A stretch of DNA of 64,000 nt. Origin: Candidatus Daviesbacteria bacterium. GTDB lineage: Bacteria > Patescibacteriota > Microgenomatia > Daviesbacterales > UBA10151. Position numbers and translations under genes: made by a program. Shown one piece after another: positions 17,410 through 27,424 of this stretch; position 1 is the stretch's first letter, and each line of letters opens with the position of its first letter. The stretch covers positions 6,358-70,357 of the forward strand of contig JAUYKM010000009.1 of assembly GCA_030699125.1 (NCBI GenBank), written 5' to 3'. Below the pieces are notes generated by a model, which did no database searches, was not told the origin of the DNA, and worked only from the letters and a program-made list of their open reading frames with translations.

Positions 17410-18385
17410 TCCACATCTTAATCCAAAATTGTTTGATGAGGATTGCGAACAAGTACCCTCCAGGAATGGTTATGGGGAAGGATTGGTTTTGGCTGGGGAG
17501 GAAAATAAAAATGTAGTGGCACTTTGTGCAGATTTAACTGAAAGTACAAGAACTCAAGCTTTTAAGGATAAATTTCCCGATAGATTTGTGGAAATGGGGG
17601 TAGCTGAACAAAATTTAGCCACCATTGCCTCTGGTATGGCTGCTGTTGGTAAAATCCCTTTTATTACCTCCTATGCCATGTTTTCTCCCGGCAGGAATTG
17701 GGAACAAATTAGAACCACCATCTGTTATAACAACCAGCCGGTTAAAATTATCGGTTCCCATGCCGGAATTTCTGTAGGTCCGGATGGAGCCACCCATCAA
17801 GCCCTGGAAGATATGGCTATTACCCGAGCACTTCCCAATATGGTAGTAATTTGTCCTGCTGATACAATTGAGGCCAGAAAAGCCACACTAGCAATTGCTC
17901 ACCTTGCCAAACCCTGTTATATTAGACTTTCCAGAGAGAAAGTGCCGGTAATTACCACAGAGCAGACTCCTTTTGAAATTGGCAAAGCTGAAATTTATCA
18001 CGAGGGTAAAGATGTAGCCATCATTGCTTGTGGCCAAATGGTATATAGAGCCTTAATAGCTGCGAAGGCATTAGAATCGCACAAAATTAGTGTTCGAGTA
18101 ATAAATTGCCACACTATTAAGCCTTTAGATAAAGATACTATACTAAAAGCTGCAGAAGAATGTGGGGCAATTGTAACTGTGGAAGAACATCAAATCCATG
18201 GAGGTTTAGGTTCAGCTGTGGCTGAGGTGGTATCACAAAATTTCCCGGTGCCTATAAAAATTATCGGAGTGGAAGATAGATTTGGTGAGTCTGGTGAACC
18301 AAATGAACTATTGGAAAAATTTGGACTAACTAAAGAAGCAATTGTCAAGGGTGTAACTTATGTTTTAAGAATGAAAGGAAAATAA
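17402..18385 (+). CDS. transketolase, C-terminal subunit
   Basis: GVAEQN, GPDGATHQ and EEHQIHGGLGSAVAE motifs. Confidence 0.95.
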   Translation: MSDPHLNPKLFDEDCEQVPSRNGYGEGLVLAGEENKNVVALCADLTESTRTQAFKDKFPDRFVEMGVAEQNLATIASGMAAVGKIPFITSYAMFSPGRNWEQIRTTICYNNQPVKIIGSHAGISVGPDGATHQALEDMAITRALPNMVVICPADTIEARKATLAIAHLAKPCYIRLSREKVPVITTEQTPFEIGKAEIYHEGKDVAIIACGQMVYRALIAAKALESHKISVRVINCHTIKPLDKDTILKAAEECGAIVTVEEHQIHGGLGSAVAEVVSQNFPVPIKIIGVEDRFGESGEPNELLEKFGLTKEAIVKGVTYVLRMKGK

Positions 18386-18523
18386 ATGGGCTGTGGATTA
18401 TGTAGTGAAACAATAGCCTCTTTGGCAACTGGCTTTATTTTTTTATTTTCTTTTATCTTCTCTATATTAACTCAACTCTTGGCAGCATCTATTGTTTGGT
18501 TAAAAGAAAAAATGTTACACTGA
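18386..18523 (+). CDS. 45-aa CxxC membrane microprotein (not in ORF track)
   Basis: MGCGLCSETIASLATGFIFLFSFIFSILTQLLAASIVWLKEKMLH*; fills the gap between transketolase and wrbA. Confidence 0.65.
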   Translation: MGCGLCSETIASLATGFIFLFSFIFSILTQLLAASIVWLKEKMLH

Positions 18524-18533
18524 ATTTATAGAC

Positions 18534-19202
18534 ATGGAGACAAATTTTAAGATTCTAATTTTATTCTATTCATTTACAGGGAATACTGCCAAACTTGCCA
18601 AATATATAGCTGAGGGAGCAAAAGAAATTGATGGGGCGGAAGTTGTTATTAAACAGGTGCCGGAACTCGTGCCAAGTGAAGTGATTGAAAAAAATCCTGA
18701 TCTAAAAAAAGCCAGAGAATCTTTTGCCGATATTCCTATTGCTGAATTGGATGATTTAATTTCAGCTGATGGGGTGGCTTTTGGCACACCAGTTCATTTT
18801 GGCTCTTTTGCATCGCAACTTAAACAATTTATAGACCAACTTTCTCCCATTTTTGTTAAAGGTACCGTGGTAGGTAAACCTGCTGCTTTTTTTACATCTG
18901 CCGGCAGTATGCATGGAGGAGAAGAAGCAGCATTACTTTCTTTAATGATCCCGCTTCTTAATTTAGGAATGTTGCCGATTGGTGTACCTTATCCTATTCA
19001 GGGTGAGGGGTCGGACTTTGATGCAGGTTCTCCATATGGAGCAATTTATGTATCAGGACATAAAGGTGAGAAGGAGATTTCAGAGGCAGATAAAAAAATT
19101 GCCAGAATTTTAGGTAAAAGGTTATCTGCCATGTCAAAGGTGATTAAATATGGTTGTGTCTCTTTCCCCGAATGCCAGATTTTATCCACTAAATACGATT
19201 AA
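18534..19202 (+). CDS. wrbA: NAD(P)H:quinone oxidoreductase, WrbA family
   Basis: YSFTGNT, FGTPVHFG, HGGEE and GSPYGA motifs. Confidence 0.9.
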   Translation: METNFKILILFYSFTGNTAKLAKYIAEGAKEIDGAEVVIKQVPELVPSEVIEKNPDLKKARESFADIPIAELDDLISADGVAFGTPVHFGSFASQLKQFIDQLSPIFVKGTVVGKPAAFFTSAGSMHGGEEAALLSLMIPLLNLGMLPIGVPYPIQGEGSDFDAGSPYGAIYVSGHKGEKEISEADKKIARILGKRLSAMSKVIKYGCVSFPECQILSTKYD

Positions 19203-19230
19203 GGAAAAATTAACTTTCCTAATAACCCAT

Positions 19231-19258
19231 TTGACAAATTCCCCCAGGGGGATATAAT
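19231..19258 (+). promoter_or_regulatory. sigma70 promoter with C/G-tract palindrome (CsoR-like operator)
   Basis: TTGACA-aattcccccaggggga-TATAAT. Confidence 0.6.
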
Positions 19259-19269
19259 CCCTTCAGATT

Positions 19270-20022
19270 ATGTCGTTAGTCTTAACTGAGTTTGAACACT
19301 CTCGAGTTATTCTTCCTGTTATTCATCCTCAATCAGTGGATCATGCGGCTGAAAATATAGAAGTTGCACAAAAATCTGGCAGTGATGGTATATTTTTATT
19401 TTGTGGGAATGGTAGTACGGAGCAGTCACTGGAAGATTTTTTGGCCGTATATGCAAAGATCCACAGGCAATATCCAGGTTATTTTATAGGTGTTAATTTA
19501 CTTGATTGGCCAGTAAGATGGAACGATCAAAATCCAGCGTCAAGTTTGCCTGCTTTGAGTGATTTTTTCAGTAGGCTACTCTATTTAAGGGTACCAGCCG
19601 TTTTCGTTGAAAATTCTAAATTTATAGAAAATAGTATAGAACAACCCTATATAGAGGTGATAAATCAAGCTCGTCAATACTCAGGCGTCCTGTTGTTTGG
19701 AGGAGTTGCTTTCCATGACCCAGGAACTCATGGATATAATCTTGCTTCAGTTAATGCAAAACATTCAATGGATGTAGTAATGACAGGTGGAGTTGAGAGA
19801 GGAACTCCGCCGACTCTGAGTAAGATGTATTCTCTAAGCGAACCGCTTGGTGATCATCCACTGGGGATATCAAGCGGCATATCACCTCTTAATATCTTAG
19901 ATTATCCAATGGCTAAATTTTTTTCGGCTAATACTCATATAGTAACTCCCGGTACAGAAGATCTTAATCCACACTTGCTGGGTACGATGGTGGGATTAGT
20001 TCGAAAATATCTGGATCGTTAA
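19270..20022 (+). CDS. BtpA/SgcQ-like TIM-barrel protein
   Basis: LPVIH, DGIFL, GVNLL, FGGVAF and DVVMTGG..GTPP pattern. Confidence 0.55.
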   Translation: MSLVLTEFEHSRVILPVIHPQSVDHAAENIEVAQKSGSDGIFLFCGNGSTEQSLEDFLAVYAKIHRQYPGYFIGVNLLDWPVRWNDQNPASSLPALSDFFSRLLYLRVPAVFVENSKFIENSIEQPYIEVINQARQYSGVLLFGGVAFHDPGTHGYNLASVNAKHSMDVVMTGGVERGTPPTLSKMYSLSEPLGDHPLGISSGISPLNILDYPMAKFFSANTHIVTPGTEDLNPHLLGTMVGLVRKYLDR

Positions 20023-20039
20023 TTTAACCAAGCTACGCC

Positions 20040-20633
20040 TTATTTTTTACTTGGAAAAAACGCTACAATAAGTCTTAGTAAAACCACAAGCGCCGTAAAA
20101 CCAAAGGTAATTTGTCCAACTATTCTTTTGATAACTAAAACTCCATTTTGTGATTCAACTAAGTAAAAATGTAAAACTGCCAAAATTAATGCCAAATATG
20201 CTGTTGATTGGATAATCTTCCAAATCTTTGGACTTAAAGAATTCAAAGCCAGCTTGTTAGAGGTTAAAGTAACTGCCAAAAGTATTACTAAAGAAGCCAG
20301 TCCAGCCAGTAAGCCAAAATATTTGGGACTGGTTGGATCAAATAATTTGGCTAAGTCATAATTAACATAGAAAATATAAATTAGTATGGTATGAGCTAGG
20401 GCAATAAAAAAGCTTAAGATCCCCCAAAATTTGCGGTTGGCTTTTAAAGCATTTAGGGCAGGAAAAAATCTGCTGGCAGGCCCAATAAGTAATGTGAGAG
20501 ACAAAAGAGCAATCGCCAAAAGTCCAGTGGTTTTCACCATTTCCTTTGGATTGAACTGGCCAAAGTTATAAAATTGGAAATACAGCCAGAAAAGAAGAAA
20601 CGGTACCCCGAAATCAATTAATCTTTGAGTCAT
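20040..20633 (-). CDS. ferric reductase-like transmembrane protein (MsrQ/YedZ-like)
   Basis: RKFWGI...AH, LAVTLTSN and W..IQ...Y....AVLH motifs; start uncertain (20633 or 20678). Confidence 0.8.
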   Translation of the reverse strand: MTQRLIDFGVPFLLFWLYFQFYNFGQFNPKEMVKTTGLLAIALLSLTLLIGPASRFFPALNALKANRKFWGILSFFIALAHTILIYIFYVNYDLAKLFDPTSPKYFGLLAGLASLVILLAVTLTSNKLALNSLSPKIWKIIQSTAYLALILAVLHFYLVESQNGVLVIKRIVGQITFGFTALVVLLRLIVAFFPSKK

Positions 20634-20731
20634 ATTTTTATCTTCAGAGTAATTATAAGGATGAGCTTTATTTTTCATTTTTATAACTAATCTCAAGGTA
20701 ACATATATGGGCGAATTAATCAAAAACATGC

Positions 20732-20760
20732 TTGACATATCCCCTATGGGGGGATATAAT
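20732..20760 (+). promoter_or_regulatory. csoR promoter with CsoR operator
   Basis: TTGACA-N17-TATAAT enclosing the palindrome atatcccc-tatgg-ggggatat. Confidence 0.85.
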
Positions 20761-20769
20761 GTATTGGTT

Positions 20770-21039
20770 ATGTATAGACCAAAAAATACACAAGAACGAA
20801 TTACTCATCGGTTACAGATTGCCCAGGGACATCTTAAAAAGGTTCTTAATATGGTGGAAAACGGGGAATATTGTATTGATGTAATCCATCAATCCCAGGC
20901 AGTCCAGGCAGCTTTGAAGGAGGCAGATTCTTTGGTTTTGGAAAACCACCTGAAAGGTTGTGTGGTTGACCATATTAAAAAAGGTGAATCAGATGCGTCT
21001 ATTGCAGAAATCATGAATGTTTTTAAGAAAAACAAATAA
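20770..21039 (+). CDS. csoR: copper-sensing repressor, CsoR family
   Basis: RL..AQGH...YCIDVIHQ...ENHLKGC (Cys-His-Cys ligands); start moved to ATG 20770, after the promoter. Confidence 0.9.
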   Translation: MYRPKNTQERITHRLQIAQGHLKKVLNMVENGEYCIDVIHQSQAVQAALKEADSLVLENHLKGCVVDHIKKGESDASIAEIMNVFKKNK

Positions 21040-21042
21040 TTT

Positions 21043-21543
21043 ATGAGTGACAAAAAAATTATTATTGGCTTTGTGGTCTTAACCCTTTTAATACTGGGGG
21101 GTGGAGTTTATGTGTTAAGCGCCATCTCTACCAGTCCTACTCAAGTTACTTCCTCACAAAACGCCAAAGTATCTTTAGATGAAAAGACTTATGATTGGGG
21201 TGAAATTCCCTATAGTGGTCCGGATGCCACCAAAACATTTATTATTAAAAATACCGGCACTGATGTATTGAAACTTACCAATGTTAAAACTTCCTGTGCC
21301 TGTACTAATGCCAGAGTCACTATTGATGGCGAGGTGAGTCCCAGCTTTGATATGCATACCACCTCTTCCTGGGTAGGTGAAGTTCCTCCAGGTAAAGAGG
21401 CGCAACTGACTGTTATTTTTGACCAGGATTTTCATGGACCCACCGGAGTGGGAGCGGTAGAGCGTTTGATATCAATTGAGACTAATGATGCAGCCAACCC
21501 AAAATTGGAATTTTTATTGAAAGGAACGGTAGTTAAACAATGA
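21043..21543 (+). CDS. DUF1573-like Ig-fold membrane-anchored protein
   Basis: YDWGEI...F.IKNTG...L....TSCACT motif. Confidence 0.75.
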   Translation: MSDKKIIIGFVVLTLLILGGGVYVLSAISTSPTQVTSSQNAKVSLDEKTYDWGEIPYSGPDATKTFIIKNTGTDVLKLTNVKTSCACTNARVTIDGEVSPSFDMHTTSSWVGEVPPGKEAQLTVIFDQDFHGPTGVGAVERLISIETNDAANPKLEFLLKGTVVKQ

Positions 21544-22472
21544 AGACAAAGAAGATAAAAGGGATTCTATCTAAAGCCGTGCCTTTGTGGATGGTGTTAC
21601 TGGTAGTTTTAAATTCCACCCTGGTGATGGGTGTAGCTCAATATTATCTGATTAAACAGCAACTTCAGAAAGATATCAAAGAACTTTCTAAGAGTCTAGA
21701 TCCTGCTCAAATGGCGGCTGCATTAAAGCAGGAAGTTTTACCCCAGAAAGGTTATATGACTTCTTTAAAATGGAAGGATTTGGGTAAACAATTGGTGGAG
21801 GCCGGGGCAATTGACAAACAAAAGTATGAACAAATCTTTACCTATCAATCAGATGGGGCAGATCATATGAAATATATGGATGGATCTTGGGATGAGAATA
21901 TCATAATCAACGAGGCAAATGGCCGTTTTTTAGTTAATACTTTTTGGGCCTTGGGGTTGGTTAACAAATCCAAGGTGCTGGATGAGGGACCAATGAGGCA
22001 ACAGGGTATGGATACTGCCAATTTAGCCTCCACTGCCGGCTGGACTTTAGGCTCTAAGGGAGCCATGGAGCTTTACTCCTCAGTCTCCATTATTCCCTTG
22101 ACTGATGAACAGCAGGATTTAGTTAAAAGGATTGCCGAAAACGTTTTCCGTCCTTGTTGCGGCAATTCCACTTACTTTCCCGATTGCAATCACGGCATGG
22201 CAGCTTTAGGTTATATTGAACTGGCAGTTTCAAGCGAGCTTTCGGAAAATCAAATTTATAAAGATCTTTTAGCATTTAATTCCTTTTGGTTTCCGCAAAA
22301 TTATGTGGATATGGCTGTTTATTTTGACAAGCAAGGGACTAAATGGAAAGATGTTGATCCAAAACTGGCTTTGTCCTCTGCTTATTCATCATCTCAAGGC
22401 GCGCAAAGAATAAAACAATCCGTTCAATCTGTTCCCGGGGTTGGTGGAAGCACAGGAGGTTGTGGAACATAA
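21540..22472 (+). CDS. uncharacterised Cys/His-motif exported protein in the copper cluster
   Basis: RPCCGN...PDCNHGMA and terminal GGCGT; N-terminal TM. Confidence 0.75.
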   Translation: MKTKKIKGILSKAVPLWMVLLVVLNSTLVMGVAQYYLIKQQLQKDIKELSKSLDPAQMAAALKQEVLPQKGYMTSLKWKDLGKQLVEAGAIDKQKYEQIFTYQSDGADHMKYMDGSWDENIIINEANGRFLVNTFWALGLVNKSKVLDEGPMRQQGMDTANLASTAGWTLGSKGAMELYSSVSIIPLTDEQQDLVKRIAENVFRPCCGNSTYFPDCNHGMAALGYIELAVSSELSENQIYKDLLAFNSFWFPQNYVDMAVYFDKQGTKWKDVDPKLALSSAYSSSQGAQRIKQSVQSVPGVGGSTGGCGT

Positions 22473-23309
22473 ATGGAAAATATCTTTTTTCAAACCTCGC
22501 TGATTGCCGCATTTGTGGCAGGGATGGTAGCCTTATTTGCCCCCTGTTGTATTACCTTTTTATTACCCGCGTATCTTGGCAGCGTTTTTAAGGAAAAAGA
22601 AAAAGTGATTTTAATGACTTTAGTTTTCGGTGCGGGAATTTTTGTCACACTTATGCCGGCAGTTTTAGGAGTGGCTTTGATCTCTAAAGCGCTTTTCCGC
22701 TACCATGATTTTATTTATATTCTGGGTGGGGTAGTTATGATTGGAGTTGCCGTAACCACTTTTTTGGGTATAAAGCTGCCAATGCCAAATCTGCCCGGGA
22801 CAAATATCGGGAGCAGGACAGATGTTTTGTCAATTTTTATATTAGGGATTTTTTCCGGTATCACCAGCGCCTGTTGCGCTCCGGTTTTGATCGGGATTTT
22901 AACTTTGACTTTTCTCTCGCCCAGTTTTTTTGGGGCCATTTTGATAGGAGGAATGTATGTTTTAGGTATGGTAATACCGCTTCTGATTATCTCCATTTTC
23001 CTGTCCGGAAAGATGTCAAAAATGGCTCTTTTAAGGAAACCGTTTGCTGATTTAAATTTTTTTGGAAAAACTTATGTAGTGGTAGTAAGTAATCTTGTGG
23101 CCTCAATAGTATTTTTAGTCACAGGTTTGGCGGCCCTGGGGTTGACAGTTTCGGGCAGGCTTTCTGCTGAAAATATGGATATATTCACCAAAACAATTAC
23201 AAACACATTAAATAATGTAAATGGTATTTTTGGCACAAATCCTCTGCTTAATGTTTTGTTCCTGATTACAGTAATCGCTCTTATTTATTGGGCTGCCAAA
23301 AAGCTGTAA
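22473..23309 (+). CDS. CcdA/DsbD-like transmembrane protein
   Basis: FAPCCITFLLP and SACCAPVL motifs in TM helices. Confidence 0.85.
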   Translation: MENIFFQTSLIAAFVAGMVALFAPCCITFLLPAYLGSVFKEKEKVILMTLVFGAGIFVTLMPAVLGVALISKALFRYHDFIYILGGVVMIGVAVTTFLGIKLPMPNLPGTNIGSRTDVLSIFILGIFSGITSACCAPVLIGILTLTFLSPSFFGAILIGGMYVLGMVIPLLIISIFLSGKMSKMALLRKPFADLNFFGKTYVVVVSNLVASIVFLVTGLAALGLTVSGRLSAENMDIFTKTITNTLNNVNGIFGTNPLLNVLFLITVIALIYWAAKKL

Positions 23310-23333
23310 GATTAAGTTAAGGGGGTGATAAAA

Positions 23334-23480
23334 ATGATGGGTTATGGAAACTGGGGATATGGCTATAGTGGAATGATGGGTGCAGGTTTTGGGATTTTAG
23401 CAACAGTTTTTTGGCTGGTGATTTTAATTGACCTGATTCTTTTGGGCGTTTGGCTTTGGAAGCAGATTCAGAAGAAATAA
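23334..23480 (+). CDS. 48-aa Met/Gly-rich membrane microprotein (not in ORF track)
   Basis: MMGYGNWGYGYSGMMGAGFGILATVFWLVILIDLILLGVWLWKQIQKK*; SD gggggtga. Confidence 0.75.
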   Translation: MMGYGNWGYGYSGMMGAGFGILATVFWLVILIDLILLGVWLWKQIQKK

Positions 23481-23490
23481 TTAAGGTTTT

Positions 23491-23850
23491 ATGAGTATAG
23501 ATAAAGTTTTAGTTATTATTTTTGGGCTTATCGGAGTAATTTTTACCTATTGGTTCTTTTTGATGAAAAAAGAAAAGGAGGTGGAAGCAGTGGGTGAAGT
23601 GGATATTAAAGTAAGCGGTGGATATTCGCCGGAGGTAATCTCCGTACCTTTGGGTAAAACTACCAGGATAAATTTTTTAAGGACTGATCCAACTGACTGT
23701 TTATCAGAGGTGGTTTTGGGTGATTTTAAAATTAAAAGGCAGTTGCCTTTAAATGAGAAAGTAACAGTAGAAATTACCCCGCAAAAGGCGGGGGCGTTTG
23801 GATATTCATGCGCTATGAACATGTATCATGGCAAGATAATTGTTAAATAA
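23491..23850 (+). CDS. membrane-anchored cupredoxin-domain protein (CupA-like)
   Basis: GGYSP...C...[10 protein letters not shown] motif. Confidence 0.85.
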   Translation: MSIDKVLVIIFGLIGVIFTYWFFLMKKEKEVEAVGEVDIKVSGGYSPEVISVPLGKTTRINFLRTDPTDCLSEVVLGDFKIKRQLPLNEKVTVEITPQKAGAFGYSCAMNMYHGKIIVK

Positions 23851-23879
23851 GCAGAGCTTGCGATGCTTTGCATCTAAAT

Positions 23880-26165
23880 ATGGCAGAAATAAAGAAAACA
23901 TTTCCCATAAAGGGTATGTACTGTGCATCATGTGTACGGGTTTTGGAGAAATCCTTAAGTAGAGTTGAGGGTATTTCTAATTGTGTAGTAAATCTGACAA
24001 CAGAGACAGCAAGTGTTACATATGATCCAAAAAAAGTGACAGATAATGATTTGGTATCTGCTGTGGCGAATGTTGGCTACAAAGCAGGGTTGGAGAGTGA
24101 GTTAAAAACAGAAGATCAGCAAAAAATAGAGAAGGAAAAAGAACTAAAAGATTTACGAAATAAAGTTATTATCAGTTTATTTTTGGGGGCATTAATTCTT
24201 TGGGGAAGCTTTCCGGGTCTTATGAATATTGCCCCACTTTTTTTAATAAACTCATGGGTACAACTGCTTTTAGCGATACCGGTTCAATTTTGGGCAGGCT
24301 GGGAATTTTACAGGGCTACAATTCCTGCCCTGCGACACAGAACTGCCAATATGGACACACTGGTGGCCATAGGTACTACCGTTGCTTTTTCCTATTCCGC
24401 TGTCGTGACTATTTTTCCTCAACTGGTGGAAAGTATTGGAGTAAAACCAGAGCCCTACTTTGATGTTTCCACTATTATTATCGGATTAATTTTACTAGGA
24501 AGATATTTTGAAGCCAAAGCTAAAGCAGGTACTTCAGAGGCTATTAAAAAGTTAATAGGTCTGCAGGCTAAAACTGCCAGGGTGGTAAGGAATGGCTCGG
24601 AAGTAGATATCCCGATAGATCAGGTAGTGATTGGAGATACTATCAGGGTCAGGCCAGGTGAAAAAATTTCGGTTGACGGAGAAATTTTAGAGGGTCAGTC
24701 ATCTATTGATGAGTCCATGGTAACAGGAGAAAGTATCCCGGTTGATAAGGTTAAAGGCGATTTGGTAATTGGTGCCACTATCAACAAAACAGGAACCTTT
24801 TTATATAAAGCCACCAAAGTGGGAGCAGATACAATGCTTTCACAAATTATTAAATTGGTACAAGAGGCTCAAGCCAGCAAAGCCCCGATACAAAGATTGG
24901 CTGATTTAATTTCTTCATATTTTGTACCGGTAGTTTTAATTTTGGCCATTGCTACATTTGTAGTTTGGTATGTAATTGGTCCTGCCCCTTCATTTTTGTA
25001 TGGTTTGCTTAATATGGTGGCTGTTTTAATAATTGCCTGTCCTTGTGCCATGGGCTTGGCAACTCCAACAGCTATTATGGTGGGTACAGGAATTGGGGCG
25101 AACAAAGGAATATTGATTAAGGATGCTCAAAGTTTGGAAACTGCTCATAAAATAAACACTGTTATTTTTGATAAAACAGGGACATTAACTAAGGGAAAGC
25201 CGGAGGTGACCGACGTTGTTCCATTCGTCATTGCGAGGAGGAACGCGACGAAGCAATCTTCCAAATCAAGATTGCCACGCGAACTAAAGTTCGCTCGCAA
25301 TGATGTTTTGGTATTAGCAGCATCTTTGGAAAAGGGATCAGAACATTCTTTAGCAGAGGCAATTGTTAATAAAGCCGAGCAAGAAGCACTTAACTTCAGC
25401 AAAGTCGAAGCATTTAAAGCCATTCCAGGGCATGGGGTAGAAGGTATTGTTGATGGGAGAAAAGTGGTTCTGGGAAATAGAAAGTTGCTGGAAAAGAATG
25501 ATGTTGACTTTACTCCGATTATTCGAATAATTGAACAACTGGAAAATGAAGGCAAGACAGTGATGATGTTGACCGTGGATGGGAAATTAGCAGGCCTTAT
25601 TGCTGTGGCTGATACTATTAAAGAGACTGCCAAAGAAGGAGTGGAAGCGCTCTATAAAAAAGGGATAGAGGTAGTTATGATTACCGGAGACAACCAGAGA
25701 ACTGCCAATGCTATTGCTAAAAAGCTGGGTATAAAAAGAGTTTTGGCAGAAGTTTTGCCTGATCAAAAAGAGGCGGAAGTAAAAAAGATTCAGACAGAAG
25801 GAAAGAAAGTAGCTATGGTGGGAGATGGAATAAATGATGCTCCGGCTTTGGCTGCTGCAGATGTTGGGATTGCCATGGGTACTGGAACTGATGTGGCCAT
25901 AGAGTCGGCAGGAATTACCTTGATAAATAAAGATTTAACATCTGTGGTATCAGCAATAGAGCTTTCCAAAAAAACCATGAGAACAATAAAACTAAACCTT
26001 TTTTGGGCTTTTGGTTATAATATTATATTAATACCGGTTGCTATGGGAGCGCTCTATCCATTTTTCCATATACTTTTAAATCCAATCTTTGCTTCAGTTG
26101 CTATGGCATCCAGTTCTATATCTGTAGTTTCAAATTCACTGCTTTTAAAAAGGGTTAAACTATGA
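23880..26165 (+). CDS. copA: copper-translocating P1B-type ATPase
   Basis: GMYCASC, TGES, CPC, DKTGT, GDGIND, YN and MASSS motifs. Confidence 0.95.
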   Translation: MAEIKKTFPIKGMYCASCVRVLEKSLSRVEGISNCVVNLTTETASVTYDPKKVTDNDLVSAVANVGYKAGLESELKTEDQQKIEKEKELKDLRNKVIISLFLGALILWGSFPGLMNIAPLFLINSWVQLLLAIPVQFWAGWEFYRATIPALRHRTANMDTLVAIGTTVAFSYSAVVTIFPQLVESIGVKPEPYFDVSTIIIGLILLGRYFEAKAKAGTSEAIKKLIGLQAKTARVVRNGSEVDIPIDQVVIGDTIRVRPGEKISVDGEILEGQSSIDESMVTGESIPVDKVKGDLVIGATINKTGTFLYKATKVGADTMLSQIIKLVQEAQASKAPIQRLADLISSYFVPVVLILAIATFVVWYVIGPAPSFLYGLLNMVAVLIIACPCAMGLATPTAIMVGTGIGANKGILIKDAQSLETAHKINTVIFDKTGTLTKGKPEVTDVVPFVIARRNATKQSSKSRLPRELKFARNDVLVLAASLEKGSEHSLAEAIVNKAEQEALNFSKVEAFKAIPGHGVEGIVDGRKVVLGNRKLLEKNDVDFTPIIRIIEQLENEGKTVMMLTVDGKLAGLIAVADTIKETAKEGVEALYKKGIEVVMITGDNQRTANAIAKKLGIKRVLAEVLPDQKEAEVKKIQTEGKKVAMVGDGINDAPALAAADVGIAMGTGTDVAIESAGITLINKDLTSVVSAIELSKKTMRTIKLNLFWAFGYNIILIPVAMGALYPFFHILLNPIFASVAMASSSISVVSNSLLLKRVKL
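25227..25304 (+). repeat. 78-bp palindromic element in-frame in copA
   Basis: gtcattgcgag...gcaatct-N9-agattgc...ctcgcaatgat; 26 codons [26 protein letters not shown]. Confidence 0.9.
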
Positions 26166-27181
26166 TTAATTTGTGGCTCATATTTATAACCGGTTTAACT
26201 GTTGGGGGCTTAACTTGTCTGGCAGTGCAGGGAGGACTTTTGGCCTCAATTATTGCGGCCAGGGAAGAAGATGATATCGAACGCGGTAACAGGCGTAAAC
26301 ACACACTCTGGGCAACAATTGCCTTTCTAGTAACTAAGTTGATTGTTTATACTTTTTTAGGTTTTATCCTGGGGGCTTTTGGAGGGGCATTAAATATTTC
26401 TCCCAAAGTCCAGATTGCCATGCAATTTTTAGCAGGACTATATATGGCTTTCATTGCGCTAGATTTGTTAAAAGTCCACCCTATCTTTAGATACGTAGTC
26501 ATCCAGCCCCCCAGATTTTTAACCAGGATAGTAAGGAATCAATCCAGGAGTAAGGATCTTTTTGCCCCGGCCGCTTTAGGTGCTATGACAATTTTTATTC
26601 CTTGTGGTACAACTTTGGCAATGGAGGCTTTGGCAATCTCATCCGGTAATGCAATTTTGGGTGCAGCAGTTATGTTTTTCTTTGTTTTGGGCACTATACC
26701 TGTATTTTTTGGGGTGGGTTTTTTAACCACAATATTGGGTGATAATTTTCAGGGCAGATTTTTAAAAATTGCAGGGCTGACTGTACTTTATTTAGGTGTT
26801 ATCTCAGCAAATGGCGCTTTAGTTGCAGCAGGATCACCTGTTAGCTTGCCATCTATAACAATTGACCTAAGTGGCAATGGTAGATATTCAGCGCAGAACC
26901 AGATTGATATTTCCGTTGCACAAAACCCCCAAATTACTATTACATCTTCCGGCTACAGCCCAAACTATATCAGAGTAAGGCAAGGTAAAACAGTCAACTT
27001 AACGCTTAAAAGTATCAATGCTTTCAGCTGTGCTTTAGCTTTTAGGATTCCCTCTTTGGGCATCAGTAAGAATCTGCAGCCAAATGATGTGCAGCAAATC
27101 AGCTTTGTTCCCACTCAACCAGGCCAAATCCCATTTAGCTGCTCTATGGGGATGTATCGGGGGGTGATTGAGGTAATATGA
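26162..27181 (+). CDS. DsbD_2/TauE-like membrane protein with C-terminal cupredoxin domain
   Basis: [14 protein letters not shown] and C-terminal [10 protein letters not shown]. Confidence 0.85.
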   Translation: MINLWLIFITGLTVGGLTCLAVQGGLLASIIAAREEDDIERGNRRKHTLWATIAFLVTKLIVYTFLGFILGAFGGALNISPKVQIAMQFLAGLYMAFIALDLLKVHPIFRYVVIQPPRFLTRIVRNQSRSKDLFAPAALGAMTIFIPCGTTLAMEALAISSGNAILGAAVMFFFVLGTIPVFFGVGFLTTILGDNFQGRFLKIAGLTVLYLGVISANGALVAAGSPVSLPSITIDLSGNGRYSAQNQIDISVAQNPQITITSSGYSPNYIRVRQGKTVNLTLKSINAFSCALAFRIPSLGISKNLQPNDVQQISFVPTQPGQIPFSCSMGMYRGVIEVI

Positions 27182-27396
27182 GGAAGAGAAAATTCAAAAT
27201 TACGGATATGCACTGTAGCTCTTGTGCTTTAACCATAGATTTGGATTTGGAAGATTTGGAGGGAGTGAAATTTGCCAGGACCAGTTATGCAAAAGGAGAA
27301 ACTGAAATAGAATTTGATTCTGAAAAAATTACTGATCAAGTTATTTCAGAAACTATCAAAAAATCAGGCTATTCTGCAATTCCTCTTGAAACTTAA
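27178..27396 (+). CDS. copZ: heavy-metal chaperone (CopZ-like)
   Basis: MHCSSC HMA motif; 72 aa. Confidence 0.85.
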   Translation: MRKRKFKITDMHCSSCALTIDLDLEDLEGVKFARTSYAKGETEIEFDSEKITDQVISETIKKSGYSAIPLET

Positions 27397-27424
27397 TAGT
27401 AAAATAGCCGATACTTAAATAGTT

